NCBI GenBank assembly: GCA_964460835.1
Contig: CAYWQF010000002.1
Span: forward strand, 1 to 39,329
DNA: 39,329 bases
Direction of reading: 5' to 3'
Source: an uncultured Candidatus Saccharibacteria bacterium
GTDB taxonomy: Bacteria; Patescibacteriota; Minisyncoccia; Phycocordibacterales; CAIZLB01
How positions within the stretch are numbered: position 1 is the first letter of the stretch; the number at the start of each line of letters is the position of its first letter. The translations under genes were made by a program, and so were the position numbers. This document shows, one piece after another, positions 24,597-33,593 of the stretch. The notes beneath the pieces are model-generated. The model was not told where the DNA came from. It saw nothing but the letters and a program-made list of their open reading frames with translations, and made no database searches.

Positions 24597-24627
24597 GCGT
24601 AAGTCTCCCAAGGCTTACGCGTTTTTT
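24597..24627 (+). terminator. Intrinsic terminator after the hydrolase gene
   Basis: GCGTAAG (24597-24603) pairs with CTTACGC (24614-24620), with a 10-nt loop, followed by gTTTTTT (24621-24627). Confidence 0.75.
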
Positions 24628-24723
24628 ATTACTTGTGATAATATTAAGCGCACCGATATAAACAATACAAGAAGGTTCAGCGCCGTAAGGTGCTGTACAA
24701 CCCAAAACTATTAAACAAACACT

Positions 24724-25674
24724 ATGTCCAAAATCCTCCTATCAGGTATCAAGTCCACAGGCCGGCCACATATTGGCAACTATTTTGGTGCAATGAAGCA
24801 ATATCTAGAGTTGCAGGAAAAAGGTTATGACTGCCGTATTTTCATAGCCGACCTTCATTCACTTACGAGTGTACAAAACGGCGAGATGCTAGCGGAGTAC
24901 ACGCTCGACTTGGCTATAGACTATCTTGCTATAGGTCTAGATCCTGAGAAGACTGTTATTTTTAAACAATCAGATTTACCTGAGGTCACTCTGCTTGGTT
25001 GGATATTCAACTGCATCACTACTATGCCGTACTTGATGCGCGCTCATGCTTTCAAAGATGCTGAGGCAAAGAGTAAAGAGATCAATGTTGGTGTGTTCGA
25101 CTATCCACTACTCATGGCGGCAGATATTCTCATACACAATGCAGATATAGTACCTGTTGGACGCGATCAAAAACAGCATGTGGAAATGGCGCGAGATACA
25201 GCGGAGAAATTTAATCGAACATTTAATAGCGAAATATTTAAACTACCAGACGCTTATATTTTAGAAAATGTTGAAACCGTTCCAGGTATAGACGGCAGAA
25301 AAATGAGCAAGAGTTACAACAATCATATTCCACTTTTTTCTACCGATGAAGAGGTGCGTAAGCTCGTGGCTTCTATAGTCACAGATTCAAACGGTGGTGT
25401 ACCTGTAAATGTTCTAAACATTCACAAACTTTTCCGAGATGAAGAATATCTCAAAAAACTCTATACAGAACATGAAGGGAAGTACAAAGCCTTAAAAGAC
25501 GCACTAGCGGAGGATATTATTGCGTTCATAAAGCCACTTAGAGAGCGCCGTGAGGAGATAGCTAAGGATAAGGACGCTATACGCCAGCTATTGGCGCAAA
25601 ACGGCTCACTGATGCGAGAAAAGACCCATCCTCTAGTATATGAGGTAAGAAAGGCTGTTGGGTTGGTGGTTTAG
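24724..25674 (+). CDS. trpS: Tryptophan--tRNA ligase
   Basis: HIGH-type motif GIKSTGRPHIGNYFGA and KMSKS. At 316 aa the size and layout are typical of bacterial TrpRS. An extended -10 element, TGtGATAAT, sits at 24634-24642. Confidence 0.95.
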   Translation: MSKILLSGIKSTGRPHIGNYFGAMKQYLELQEKGYDCRIFIADLHSLTSVQNGEMLAEYTLDLAIDYLAIGLDPEKTVIFKQSDLPEVTLLGWIFNCITTMPYLMRAHAFKDAEAKSKEINVGVFDYPLLMAADILIHNADIVPVGRDQKQHVEMARDTAEKFNRTFNSEIFKLPDAYILENVETVPGIDGRKMSKSYNNHIPLFSTDEEVRKLVASIVTDSNGGVPVNVLNIHKLFRDEEYLKKLYTEHEGKYKALKDALAEDIIAFIKPLRERREEIAKDKDAIRQLLAQNGSLMREKTHPLVYEVRKAVGLVV

Positions 25675-25724
25675 GGGCACAAACCATAGTGTAAAATCCC
25701 TCAAAATCTGCTACACTACAGGGC

Positions 25725-27026
25725 ATGAAAAATCGCGTATATATCAAAGACCTTTCGGGGCACAAAGGGGAAGAAGTTAATGTTGCTGGCTTTGCCCAGG
25801 CTATTAGAATACAAAGTAAAATAATATTTTTAGTACTCAGGGATATAACAGGGGTTATTCAAAATGTTATAGAAATAAAAGATGAAAGCGTATTTGCTGT
25901 AGCAAAAGATCTATCTGTAGAATCTGTTATAAAGGTGACTGGTTTGGTCAAAGAAGCGCCCCAGGCTCCGGGAGGAATTGAAATATCTGTATCTAATATA
26001 GAAATACTATCTAAATCTTCTCCAGAACTTCCAATACCGGTAATTACAAAGGCTGGCAATGAAGAGACTGAAGCCCCTGTACGCTTTGACTATCGATGGC
26101 TAGATATTCGTAAACAAGAGAAAACAAAAATATTTAAGGTTTGGACAGAACTAGAAAAAGGCTTCAGAAACTATTGGAATGAAAATAATTTTATTCAAAT
26201 ATACTCTCCATCATTTATGTCTACACCATCTGAAACTGGTGCGGAAGTATTTGAAGTAAAGTATTTTGATAAAAAAGCTTATCTTGCTCAATCTCCTCAA
26301 TTCTATAAACAAATGGCTATGGCCTCAGGTTTGGAAAAAGTCTTTATGGTAGGACCTGTCTTCCGTGCTGAAGAATCTTTTACAACAAGACACCTTACAG
26401 AATTTACTGGATGGGACTTCGAGGTTAGTTATATAGATTCTCATCATGATGTAATGGATGTGGAAGAGGGTATGATTGTTGCAGGCTTCAAGCAAGTGGC
26501 TGAAAAATTTCCGGAACTAAATCTTGAGATACCAACTACACCATTCCCAAGAATAAGTATAGTTGAAGCTAAGGAAATATTAGCAAAAGAGGGTATTGTA
26601 GCTGGTGGTGAAGACCACGACCTTTCTCCAGAAGAAGAACGTGGTATTTGTGAGTATGTAAAAAAGACTTACTCGCATGATTTTGTATTCATTACTGACT
26701 ATCACAAATCTAAAAGCGCTTTTTATCATATGCGTCACGAAAATGATAACGATAGATCGAAGCGTGCAGACTTACTATACAAAGGCATAGAAATTACAAC
26801 CCTTGCACAAAGAGAGCACCGAATAGAAATACTTGAAAAACAAGCTATAGAAAAAGGTATGAGTCTTGATGCTTTAAAGGATTATCTAAACTTTTTCAGA
26901 AATGGTTGTCCTCCACACGGTGGTGCAGGTATCGGCCCAGGACGTTTAATAATGAAAATACTTGATCTACCAAACGTACGTGAAGCTACATACCTACCGC
27001 GAGATGTTAAGAGATTAAATCCTTAA
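25725..27026 (+). CDS. aspS: Aspartate--tRNA ligase, archaeal/type-2 form
   Basis: N-terminal OB fold, class II motif 2 FRAEESFTTRHLTEFTGWDFE, motif 3 PPHGGAGIGPGRL and a C-terminal LPRDVKRLNP ending typical of type-2 AspRS rather than AsnRS. It is 433 aa. Confidence 0.85.
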   Translation: MKNRVYIKDLSGHKGEEVNVAGFAQAIRIQSKIIFLVLRDITGVIQNVIEIKDESVFAVAKDLSVESVIKVTGLVKEAPQAPGGIEISVSNIEILSKSSPELPIPVITKAGNEETEAPVRFDYRWLDIRKQEKTKIFKVWTELEKGFRNYWNENNFIQIYSPSFMSTPSETGAEVFEVKYFDKKAYLAQSPQFYKQMAMASGLEKVFMVGPVFRAEESFTTRHLTEFTGWDFEVSYIDSHHDVMDVEEGMIVAGFKQVAEKFPELNLEIPTTPFPRISIVEAKEILAKEGIVAGGEDHDLSPEEERGICEYVKKTYSHDFVFITDYHKSKSAFYHMRHENDNDRSKRADLLYKGIEITTLAQREHRIEILEKQAIEKGMSLDALKDYLNFFRNGCPPHGGAGIGPGRLIMKILDLPNVREATYLPRDVKRLNP

Positions 27027-27034
27027 GTACAAAA

Positions 27035-27232
27035 ATGAAAACTAAAAAAGTATTATCTTTTGCACTTAGATTAATTGGAGCGATAGCTATCGCTTATGCA
27101 ATAGCTATGTTAATACTTATGTTTTTTTCACTTTCTATAGGTTCTTCGTCGCTAACACCTACAATATTTGCAGTATTGATTGCTGGAATTGTGATTAATA
27201 AAATTGGAAATCATATTAAAGATACGAATTAA
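27035..27232 (+). CDS. Small two-helix membrane protein (hypothetical, 65 aa)
   Basis: Two hydrophobic segments. Its stop codon abuts the ATG of the next gene (TAA-ATG). Confidence 0.5.
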   Translation: MKTKKVLSFALRLIGAIAIAYAIAMLILMFFSLSIGSSSLTPTIFAVLIAGIVINKIGNHIKDTN

Positions 27233-27646
27233 ATGAAAATCCTCTTCGTCTGTCGTGGTAATGTTGGAAGAAGTCAAATAGCAGAAGCTTTATTTAGAAA
27301 AAAGTTTGCTGACAAATATGAGGTTTTTTCTGCTGGCACAAAAGTAGGTGAAGAAAGGGTGGTAGGTGATCTCAGACCCGCCATAGACAATGTACTCACC
27401 GTTATGGAAGAAGAGGGTATTGATGTGTCAAAAAATATTAGCAAACAAATTACGGAAGATATGACCAATACGGCAGACAAGATTATTCTCGTAGTAGATG
27501 ATAGAGACCCTATTCCAGAATACCTACTAAATAATCCTAAGGTTATAAAATGGGACGTATTGGATCCGAAAGGTCAAACACTGGAGTTTACTCGTGAGAC
27601 CAGGGAGCAAATCAAAAATCTTATAGATGTTCAATGGACGGAATAA
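27233..27646 (+). CDS. Low-molecular-weight protein tyrosine/arginine phosphatase family protein
   Basis: CX5R(S/T) P-loop in ILFVCRGNVGRSQIAEA and a DP general-acid motif in VLDPKG. It lacks the extra cysteine pair of thioredoxin-coupled ArsC. Confidence 0.85.
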   Translation: MKILFVCRGNVGRSQIAEALFRKKFADKYEVFSAGTKVGEERVVGDLRPAIDNVLTVMEEEGIDVSKNISKQITEDMTNTADKIILVVDDRDPIPEYLLNNPKVIKWDVLDPKGQTLEFTRETREQIKNLIDVQWTE

Positions 27647-27694
27647 AGACAGATACTCTTTTAGCTTAATAATTGATATACTTTATACATTAAA

Positions 27695-28264
27695 ATGAAA
27701 AAAAATATAAAAGGTTTTTCTGGTGTATTAGTAACATTAATAATTGCATTATTAGCTAGTAGTAGTGCTTACATTTATTTTCAAAATAAATCTACTAAAA
27801 ATGTAAATGAAATCGAAATACAACAAAGTGATTTAATCGATTCTCAAAAACAAGATTCGCCAGAATCTATACTTACAAATACAAAAAGAGGAGGTTATGT
27901 AGAGGTCAACAACAACACAGGACTTAAAAAAAATGATTTGAGAAAAGAAGAGTATATCACTTATATTACTGAAGACGGCACAAATGAAAAAAATATCATT
28001 CACCCAGATACAGACAGAAAAGTTACAGTTACGGGTAAGAATATTATTGCATGTCTAGAAACAGCTATTCAATGTGAATTCAATGTAATGATTGGAGATA
28101 GAGCATTTAAATTAAAAATTCCTTCGGACGCTACATCTAACACATCTTCTTATTTTATTCCATCAGATTTAAAGAGTGGAGTTTATAGCCTATATATACT
28201 TAACTATGCCTCAGGAGTTAAAAGCAATACTATACAAATCGAAGTAAAAAACTCAAATAAATAA
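27695..28264 (+). CDS. N-terminally anchored or secreted hypothetical protein
   Basis: 189 aa with the N-terminal hydrophobic helix FSGVLVTLIIALLASSSAYIYF and a low-GC, Asn/Lys-rich body. No acidic residue at +5 after Gly-Phe, so I do not call it a type IV pilin. Confidence 0.55.
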   Translation: MKKNIKGFSGVLVTLIIALLASSSAYIYFQNKSTKNVNEIEIQQSDLIDSQKQDSPESILTNTKRGGYVEVNNNTGLKKNDLRKEEYITYITEDGTNEKNIIHPDTDRKVTVTGKNIIACLETAIQCEFNVMIGDRAFKLKIPSDATSNTSSYFIPSDLKSGVYSLYILNYASGVKSNTIQIEVKNSNK

Positions 28265-28278
28265 ATTTGCTATACTAA

Positions 28279-29115
28279 ATGAATATGTCAGACACACTTT
28301 CTACTTCAACAGAGACCTCAATACCCACAACCACCCCACAATCCTTCACTATCAAAACCCAAGTGTTTGAGGGGCCTTTAGACTTGCTTTTGACGCTCAT
28401 AGAAAAGCGCAAGCTTTTTATCAATGATATTTCGCTAGCAAAAGTGACTGATGAATATATAGAGTTCATAAACAGACTAGGGGACTATTCACTAGGCGAC
28501 CGTACTCAGTTTATATACATAGCGTCAACACTCCTTCTCATAAAAGCCAAGTCTTTGCTCCCTACACTCACTCTGACCGAAGAGGAGAAGACAGATGTCG
28601 CCGACCTAGAGAAGCGCCTCAAAGAGCTGGAGATAATGCGTAAGGCCAGCGAGACTATTCAAAAACTTTTTGGTAAAAAAATCATATTTCCTCGAGGTGG
28701 ATTTGATGGAAATTTTAAGTCGAGTGCGCCCACAGTATTTGCACCGAGTCGTGATACCACTCTCGCTGGTCTCATAGAGTCTATTGGTCGAGTATTAACT
28801 TCACTTCCAAAGAAACAAGCCGAGGCACCAAAGGTCACTGTACGAAAAACAGTGAGTCTAGAAGACATGATCACACATCTCACAGATCGCATAAAGTCCG
28901 CTATCAAAATGAGCTTTCGTGAGTTTAGTGGTGCGAGTGCAAACAAACTAAACAAAAAAGATCTCGACAATGAACGTGGTGCAAGGGTGCATGTAATAGT
29001 GAGTTTTCTCGCTATGCTTGAGCTAGTGAAGCAGGGAGTACTCGACGCGCATCAAGAAGGACTGTTCGACGAAATACACATGGAAAGTCAGGAAATAGGG
29101 GTGCCGAGGTATTAA
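28279..29115 (+). CDS. scpA: Segregation and condensation protein A
   Basis: The N-terminal signature FEGPLDLLLTLIEKRKLFINDISLAKVTDEYIEFI is typical of the ScpA kleisin. Confidence 0.9.
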   Translation: MNMSDTLSTSTETSIPTTTPQSFTIKTQVFEGPLDLLLTLIEKRKLFINDISLAKVTDEYIEFINRLGDYSLGDRTQFIYIASTLLLIKAKSLLPTLTLTEEEKTDVADLEKRLKELEIMRKASETIQKLFGKKIIFPRGGFDGNFKSSAPTVFAPSRDTTLAGLIESIGRVLTSLPKKQAEAPKVTVRKTVSLEDMITHLTDRIKSAIKMSFREFSGASANKLNKKDLDNERGARVHVIVSFLAMLELVKQGVLDAHQEGLFDEIHMESQEIGVPRY

Positions 29116-29172
29116 ATTTAAATATTTATAGAAAGAGAAGACAGAAGTATTATTGCAATATATAATTGAGAT

Positions 29173-29556
29173 ATGAATTTATTAAATAGAATACCAACTT
29201 TTTTTATAATCCTATTTTTTGTAATCTTAATCATATATTCTGTACCCAAAATAAGGGAGAGAAGATTAAAATTGCTAGCAAAAAAGTATAATCTATCATT
29301 TATTCCTAAATTAGAAATAAAACACACTGACGCTATTGAAACTAAAAGGAACCTTTTGGTAGGAAACTTAAATAATAAAAATATAGAAATTTATGATAAG
29401 AGATTTATTGGAGGAAGCGGCTATGGAAACAGCGGCCCTTCGAACAAAAGCTGGACAATATTAGAAGTTAATAATAAAAAAATAAAATTAAAAAGTTTTT
29501 TAGGGGTTGCTTATGTAACTACTATAGGCAATCACTTAAGTAAGTTGTCTGCCTGA
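29173..29556 (+). CDS. Hypothetical membrane-anchored protein inserted between scpA and scpB
   Basis: 127 aa with the N-terminal TM helix IPTFFIILFFVILIIYSVP. The gene is very AT-rich and has no recognisable motif. Confidence 0.45.
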   Translation: MNLLNRIPTFFIILFFVILIIYSVPKIRERRLKLLAKKYNLSFIPKLEIKHTDAIETKRNLLVGNLNNKNIEIYDKRFIGGSGYGNSGPSNKSWTILEVNNKKIKLKSFLGVAYVTTIGNHLSKLSA

Positions 29557-29763
29557 AACTAAGTAATTTCGTCAAGAAGATTTCATAGCAAGGTAAATTT
29601 TCGTGCTGTTAGGAGAAGTAAAAACTCGAGGGTAGCTGTATTTTTAAATGTTTTTGGGCGTAAAGGCATAAACTTTCATCCTATTTTATCTTTTTTATCC
29701 ACATAATTTTACTCAAATCCTTACCCACACGAACCCAAGTAAAAACATATAAAATCCAGCCAA

Positions 29764-29786
29764 ATATGCTACAATATTTAGCATAT
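29764..29786 (+). promoter_or_regulatory. 8-bp inverted repeat overlapping a TACAAT box just upstream of scpB
   Basis: ATATGCTA (29764-29771) and TAGCATAT (29779-29786) are separated by 7 nt. TACAAT sits at 29770-29775 and the scpB ATG at 29792. Confidence 0.3.
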
Positions 29787-29791
29787 AAGCC

Positions 29792-30373
29792 ATGAACCTA
29801 GAACAATCCCTAGAAGCGTTATTATTTTGGAAAGGTGAGCCTATGAGCCTAAAAGAGCTCGCTAAAAGCTTGTCGGAAGACGAGTCTTCTATTAGCGAAG
29901 CATTGACCAAACTAGAAGAAAATCTGCGTACAAACGGTAGGGGTTTGATATTGCAATCTATCAATCAGGAATACTCACTAGGTACCACGCCCGAAGCAAG
30001 TGCTCTCATAGAAAAACTCACAAAAGAAGAGCTCAGTCGTGACCTAGGACGAGCATCACTTGAGACACTTTCTATCGTCTTATATAAAGGTCCTGTAAAA
30101 AGAAGTGAGATTGATTATATACGAGGAGTCAACTCATCTTTCATACTTAGAAATCTCCTCATCCGAGGTCTCATAGAAAAAAAGCCTGCACCAAATGACA
30201 ACAGAACAAGTGTTTACAGCACATCGTTTGAGCTTTTGTCATTTTTAGGAATATCAAAGATAGAAGACCTACCAAACTTTGCATTAGTACAAGAAGAGAT
30301 AGCTAGATTTAATAGCGATCAAGAGCAAGATCAAGAGCGCGCGGGTCAGCAAGACAAAGAAGCTAACCAATAA
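29792..30373 (+). CDS. scpB: Segregation and condensation protein B
   Basis: LEALLFWKGEPMSLKELAK and a second winged-helix region ETLSIVLYKGPVKRSEIDYIRG are typical of ScpB. Confidence 0.9.
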   Translation: MNLEQSLEALLFWKGEPMSLKELAKSLSEDESSISEALTKLEENLRTNGRGLILQSINQEYSLGTTPEASALIEKLTKEELSRDLGRASLETLSIVLYKGPVKRSEIDYIRGVNSSFILRNLLIRGLIEKKPAPNDNRTSVYSTSFELLSFLGISKIEDLPNFALVQEEIARFNSDQEQDQERAGQQDKEANQ

Positions 30374-30378
30374 AAAAT

Positions 30379-31353
30379 ATGAACAAAAAAAACTTGAGTA
30401 AAATTTCGACAATGGCAACCGCCGCGCTTACACTCGCTCTTTTCATTGCGCCGACTACAGCAGACGCACAGATGATGTCTATCACGAGCATTACTTCTAC
30501 TAGTACTACTGCGGTCAATTCATCATCTACAAATCCTATAATATGGCCTCAAATAACGGCCACATCAGCTATTGTTTATGACCCAATATCAAACATAACT
30601 TACTATGAGAAGAATGCCGACCAAGTACAGCCAATAGCGTCTCTTGCCAAGCTCGCGACAGCAGTGGTTGTTGAAGACTTGTTTGTGATGAACCCTCGCT
30701 TTGAAAGACAAACTATAAAGATAAAAAAGACTACTGAGAGCAACAAAGCTGACAGAGATTTGAAAAATGATACCAATTGGACACCAGATATACTTTTGAA
30801 ATACATGCTACTCGGCTCATCAAACAAGGCGGCAGAAAATCTTGCATCACAGATAATTCCTCGAGAATCTTTTATGTCATTGATGAATTTTAAAGCAAAG
30901 CAGTGGGGACTTACATCTACACACTTTTATAATCCATCTGGGATAAGTGTAGAGAAAAGTGCCCGCATAAACGGTAAACTCACAAAGACAGTGACTCCGG
31001 GTGCAGAATCTACTTCAAGAGAACTGGTGAGACTAATGTGGTACGCCATAGAAAAATATCCAGACCTTTTGACAGTGACCAAAGATGCTGTCGGTGTATT
31101 TTATATGCCAACAGAACCAGGCAAAGCAATAACATTGCAAAATACTGACAAGCTGCTAGATACACTTCCTATAGTCTTTGGTAAAACTGGTTTTACAGAT
31201 CTTGCTGGAGGCAACCTAGCGATAGTAGTGCAGAAAAATCCTACAGATCACCCACTAGTGATAGTAGTGTTAGGCTCTACTATACAAGGAAGATTTGATG
31301 ATGCTCTGGCGCTAGCTACAACCACACAGGTACTTATAACAAATAATAAATAA
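30379..31353 (+). CDS. D-alanyl-D-alanine carboxypeptidase (S11 family penicillin-binding protein)
   Basis: Signal/anchor sequence, then SxxK (ASLAKL), SxN (GSSNKA) and KTG (GKTGFT) motifs in the correct order. Confidence 0.85.
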   Translation: MNKKNLSKISTMATAALTLALFIAPTTADAQMMSITSITSTSTTAVNSSSTNPIIWPQITATSAIVYDPISNITYYEKNADQVQPIASLAKLATAVVVEDLFVMNPRFERQTIKIKKTTESNKADRDLKNDTNWTPDILLKYMLLGSSNKAAENLASQIIPRESFMSLMNFKAKQWGLTSTHFYNPSGISVEKSARINGKLTKTVTPGAESTSRELVRLMWYAIEKYPDLLTVTKDAVGVFYMPTEPGKAITLQNTDKLLDTLPIVFGKTGFTDLAGGNLAIVVQKNPTDHPLVIVVLGSTIQGRFDDALALATTTQVLITNNK

Positions 31354-31356
31354 AAT

Positions 31357-32427
31357 ATGACTTCAACATTTGATATTATAAAAATATTATTACCAGCAGT
31401 ATTAGCTTTCATCATTGGTATAGGTATCACACCAACTCTTTCGGATTTTATGTACAGACATAGACTTTGGCGACGTACATCTCGCAGTAAAGAAAATATA
31501 GATGCGATGTCTGTTGATTTTCAAAAAGTACATAATGAAAAAGGGGAGAAGAGTACACCGAGAGTAGGTGGCGTAGTGATCTGGATATCAGTTATTTTTA
31601 CAATCATTCTTCTATATTTAGTAGCATACTTTTTTCCAAATGAAGTGACAGAGAAGCTCAGTTTTTTGAGTAGAAATCAAACCCTACTACCGCTGGTGGC
31701 ACTTCTTTTTGCCTCTATCATAGGACTAGCAGATGACCTTTTGCAGATTTTTGGCTCAGGTAAAGTAGATGCAACAAACGGCATACCAAGAAAAATGCGC
31801 ATACTTGTAGTACTACTCATCGGCGCAGTTGGAGCGTGGTGGTTTTATTTTAAGCTTGCCACACTCAGTATCTACATACCATTTTATGGTGACTTGAATC
31901 TTGGCATGTATTTTATACCATTCTTCATGCTCACAATGCTTGGAGTGTTTTCAGGTTCTGTCATAGATGGTATAGACGGACTATCAGCAGGTGTACTCAC
32001 AGCTTCATACAGTGCATATATGGTCATAGCATTTTTCCAAAATCAAATAGATCTCGCAGCCTTTTGTGCAGTAGTGACGGGAGGAATACTAGCTTTTCTT
32101 TGGTTTAATATTCCACCGGCACGATTTTATATGGGTGAAACGGGTATGCTTGGTCTCACTGTGACACTAGCTATTGTTGCTTTCCTGACACAGCAAGTAG
32201 TACTTCTTCCTATTATTGCTTTTCCACTTTTCATCACATCTATTTCATCAAGTGTACAAATGTTTTCTAAGAAATATTTTGGTAAAAAAATATTTCGCAT
32301 CGCGCCACTACATCATCACTTTGAAGCTATAGGTTGGCCGTCTTACAAAGTCACTATGCGATATTGGGTTATAGCAGTTATCATGGCTATACTCGGTACG
32401 CTCATAGCTGTACTTGGTAGAGTTTAA
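31357..32427 (+). CDS. mraY: Phospho-N-acetylmuramoyl-pentapeptide transferase
   Basis: Polytopic membrane protein with ADDLLQI, IDGIDGLSAG and PLHHHFE motifs. Confidence 0.95.
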   Translation: MTSTFDIIKILLPAVLAFIIGIGITPTLSDFMYRHRLWRRTSRSKENIDAMSVDFQKVHNEKGEKSTPRVGGVVIWISVIFTIILLYLVAYFFPNEVTEKLSFLSRNQTLLPLVALLFASIIGLADDLLQIFGSGKVDATNGIPRKMRILVVLLIGAVGAWWFYFKLATLSIYIPFYGDLNLGMYFIPFFMLTMLGVFSGSVIDGIDGLSAGVLTASYSAYMVIAFFQNQIDLAAFCAVVTGGILAFLWFNIPPARFYMGETGMLGLTVTLAIVAFLTQQVVLLPIIAFPLFITSISSSVQMFSKKYFGKKIFRIAPLHHHFEAIGWPSYKVTMRYWVIAVIMAILGTLIAVLGRV

Positions 32428-32484
32428 AATAATACAAACTATCGCGGGCGAATAATTGAGTATACAAAAAACCCACACAAAGCA

Positions 32485-33579
32485 ATGAAAAAAGTCGACA
32501 AACCATTCCTAATAATAACCATTATACTCGTAGTAATCGGTTTTATTATTTTTTCATCGGCATCTCTAGGACTTCTAGCAAAAGGTAGCTCGAAGTTTTA
32601 TGCAGTGACGTTCAATCAGATAGTTTTTGGACTTATAGGTGGTACTATCGCAGCTTTTATAGCATCGAGAATCAATTATCAAAACTGGCGTAAATATGCT
32701 TTCTTTATATTTATCTTTAGTTTTATCATGATGCTTTTGGTTTTTGTGCCAGGTATAGGACGATTTCACGGGGGAGCGAGACGTTGGATAGATATAGGCT
32801 CTATGAGCTTTCAACCTGCTGAGCTTTATAAGCTTGGTTTTGTAATGTACATATCCGCTTGGTTTGCTTCCGTCAAAAACAAAGCTTCCACATTCAAGTT
32901 GGGCACATTGCCATTTATCACTCTTATATGTATAAGTGCAGGACTAGTACTAATGCAACCGGACACAGATACTTTCATGGTTATCACTATGGCGGGTGTG
33001 GCTATATTTATATCAGCAGGAGGGCGTTTCAAGGATATGTTTATAATGGGTATAGTCGGCACTGCCATACTCACAGCTCTAGTATTTTCTCGACCTTACT
33101 TGATGCAAAGAATACAGACTTTCATACATCCAGCCAATGATCCAACAGGAAGCGGCTATCAAATACAGCAATCCCTCATAGCTATCGGTACAGGAGGAAT
33201 GTTTGGTAAGGGGTTCGGTCAAAGCACACAGAAGTTTAACTTCTTACCAGAGCCTATCGGTGACTCTATATTTGCAGTAGCCTCAGAAGAATTTGGTTTC
33301 GTTGGTGCTGTGACTATTATACTTTTATATGTATTGTTTTGCTTCCGCGGTTTTCGTATCGCCCTAAAAGCACAGGATATTTTTGGCTCATTTTTAGTGG
33401 TAGGTATCATCACCCTCATCAGCGTTCAATCATTTTTAAATATTGCCGCCATGCTTGCCATACTGCCACTTTCGGGTACGCCACTACTTTTTATATCCCA
33501 TGGAGGTACCGCGCTATTCTTTGCTCTTGCCTCAGTCGGAATAGTGTTGAATGTCTCTAGATATCAGAAAAAGGCGTGA
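32485..33579 (+). CDS. ftsW: SEDS-family peptidoglycan glycosyltransferase (FtsW/RodA)
   Basis: Ten-TM-type profile with FQPAELYKL and QSLIAIGTGGMFGKGFG motifs. The symbol is assigned from its position between mraY and murG. Confidence 0.85.
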   Translation: MKKVDKPFLIITIILVVIGFIIFSSASLGLLAKGSSKFYAVTFNQIVFGLIGGTIAAFIASRINYQNWRKYAFFIFIFSFIMMLLVFVPGIGRFHGGARRWIDIGSMSFQPAELYKLGFVMYISAWFASVKNKASTFKLGTLPFITLICISAGLVLMQPDTDTFMVITMAGVAIFISAGGRFKDMFIMGIVGTAILTALVFSRPYLMQRIQTFIHPANDPTGSGYQIQQSLIAIGTGGMFGKGFGQSTQKFNFLPEPIGDSIFAVASEEFGFVGAVTIILLYVLFCFRGFRIALKAQDIFGSFLVVGIITLISVQSFLNIAAMLAILPLSGTPLLFISHGGTALFFALASVGIVLNVSRYQKKA

Positions 33580-33593
33580 TATAATAGGAAAAT

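Noticed and set aside
24538-24723. A possible intact tRNA gene (minus strand) that would pair with the tRNA-like fragment at 23017-23047 as an island boundary.
   Set aside because: The reverse complement has a D-loop-like AGTTGGTCTATGG, but no D stem, no 7-nt anticodon loop arm and no T-arm. The region is better explained as a terminator plus the trpS promoter and a GUAA-capped leader hairpin (24678-24695).
27695-27790. The KGFSGVLVTLIIALL N-terminus as a type IV (pseudo)pilin signal.
   Set aside because: It lacks the conserved Glu at +5 after the G/F cleavage site and the usual (T/S)L(I/L)E pattern, so I call it only a generic N-terminal anchor.
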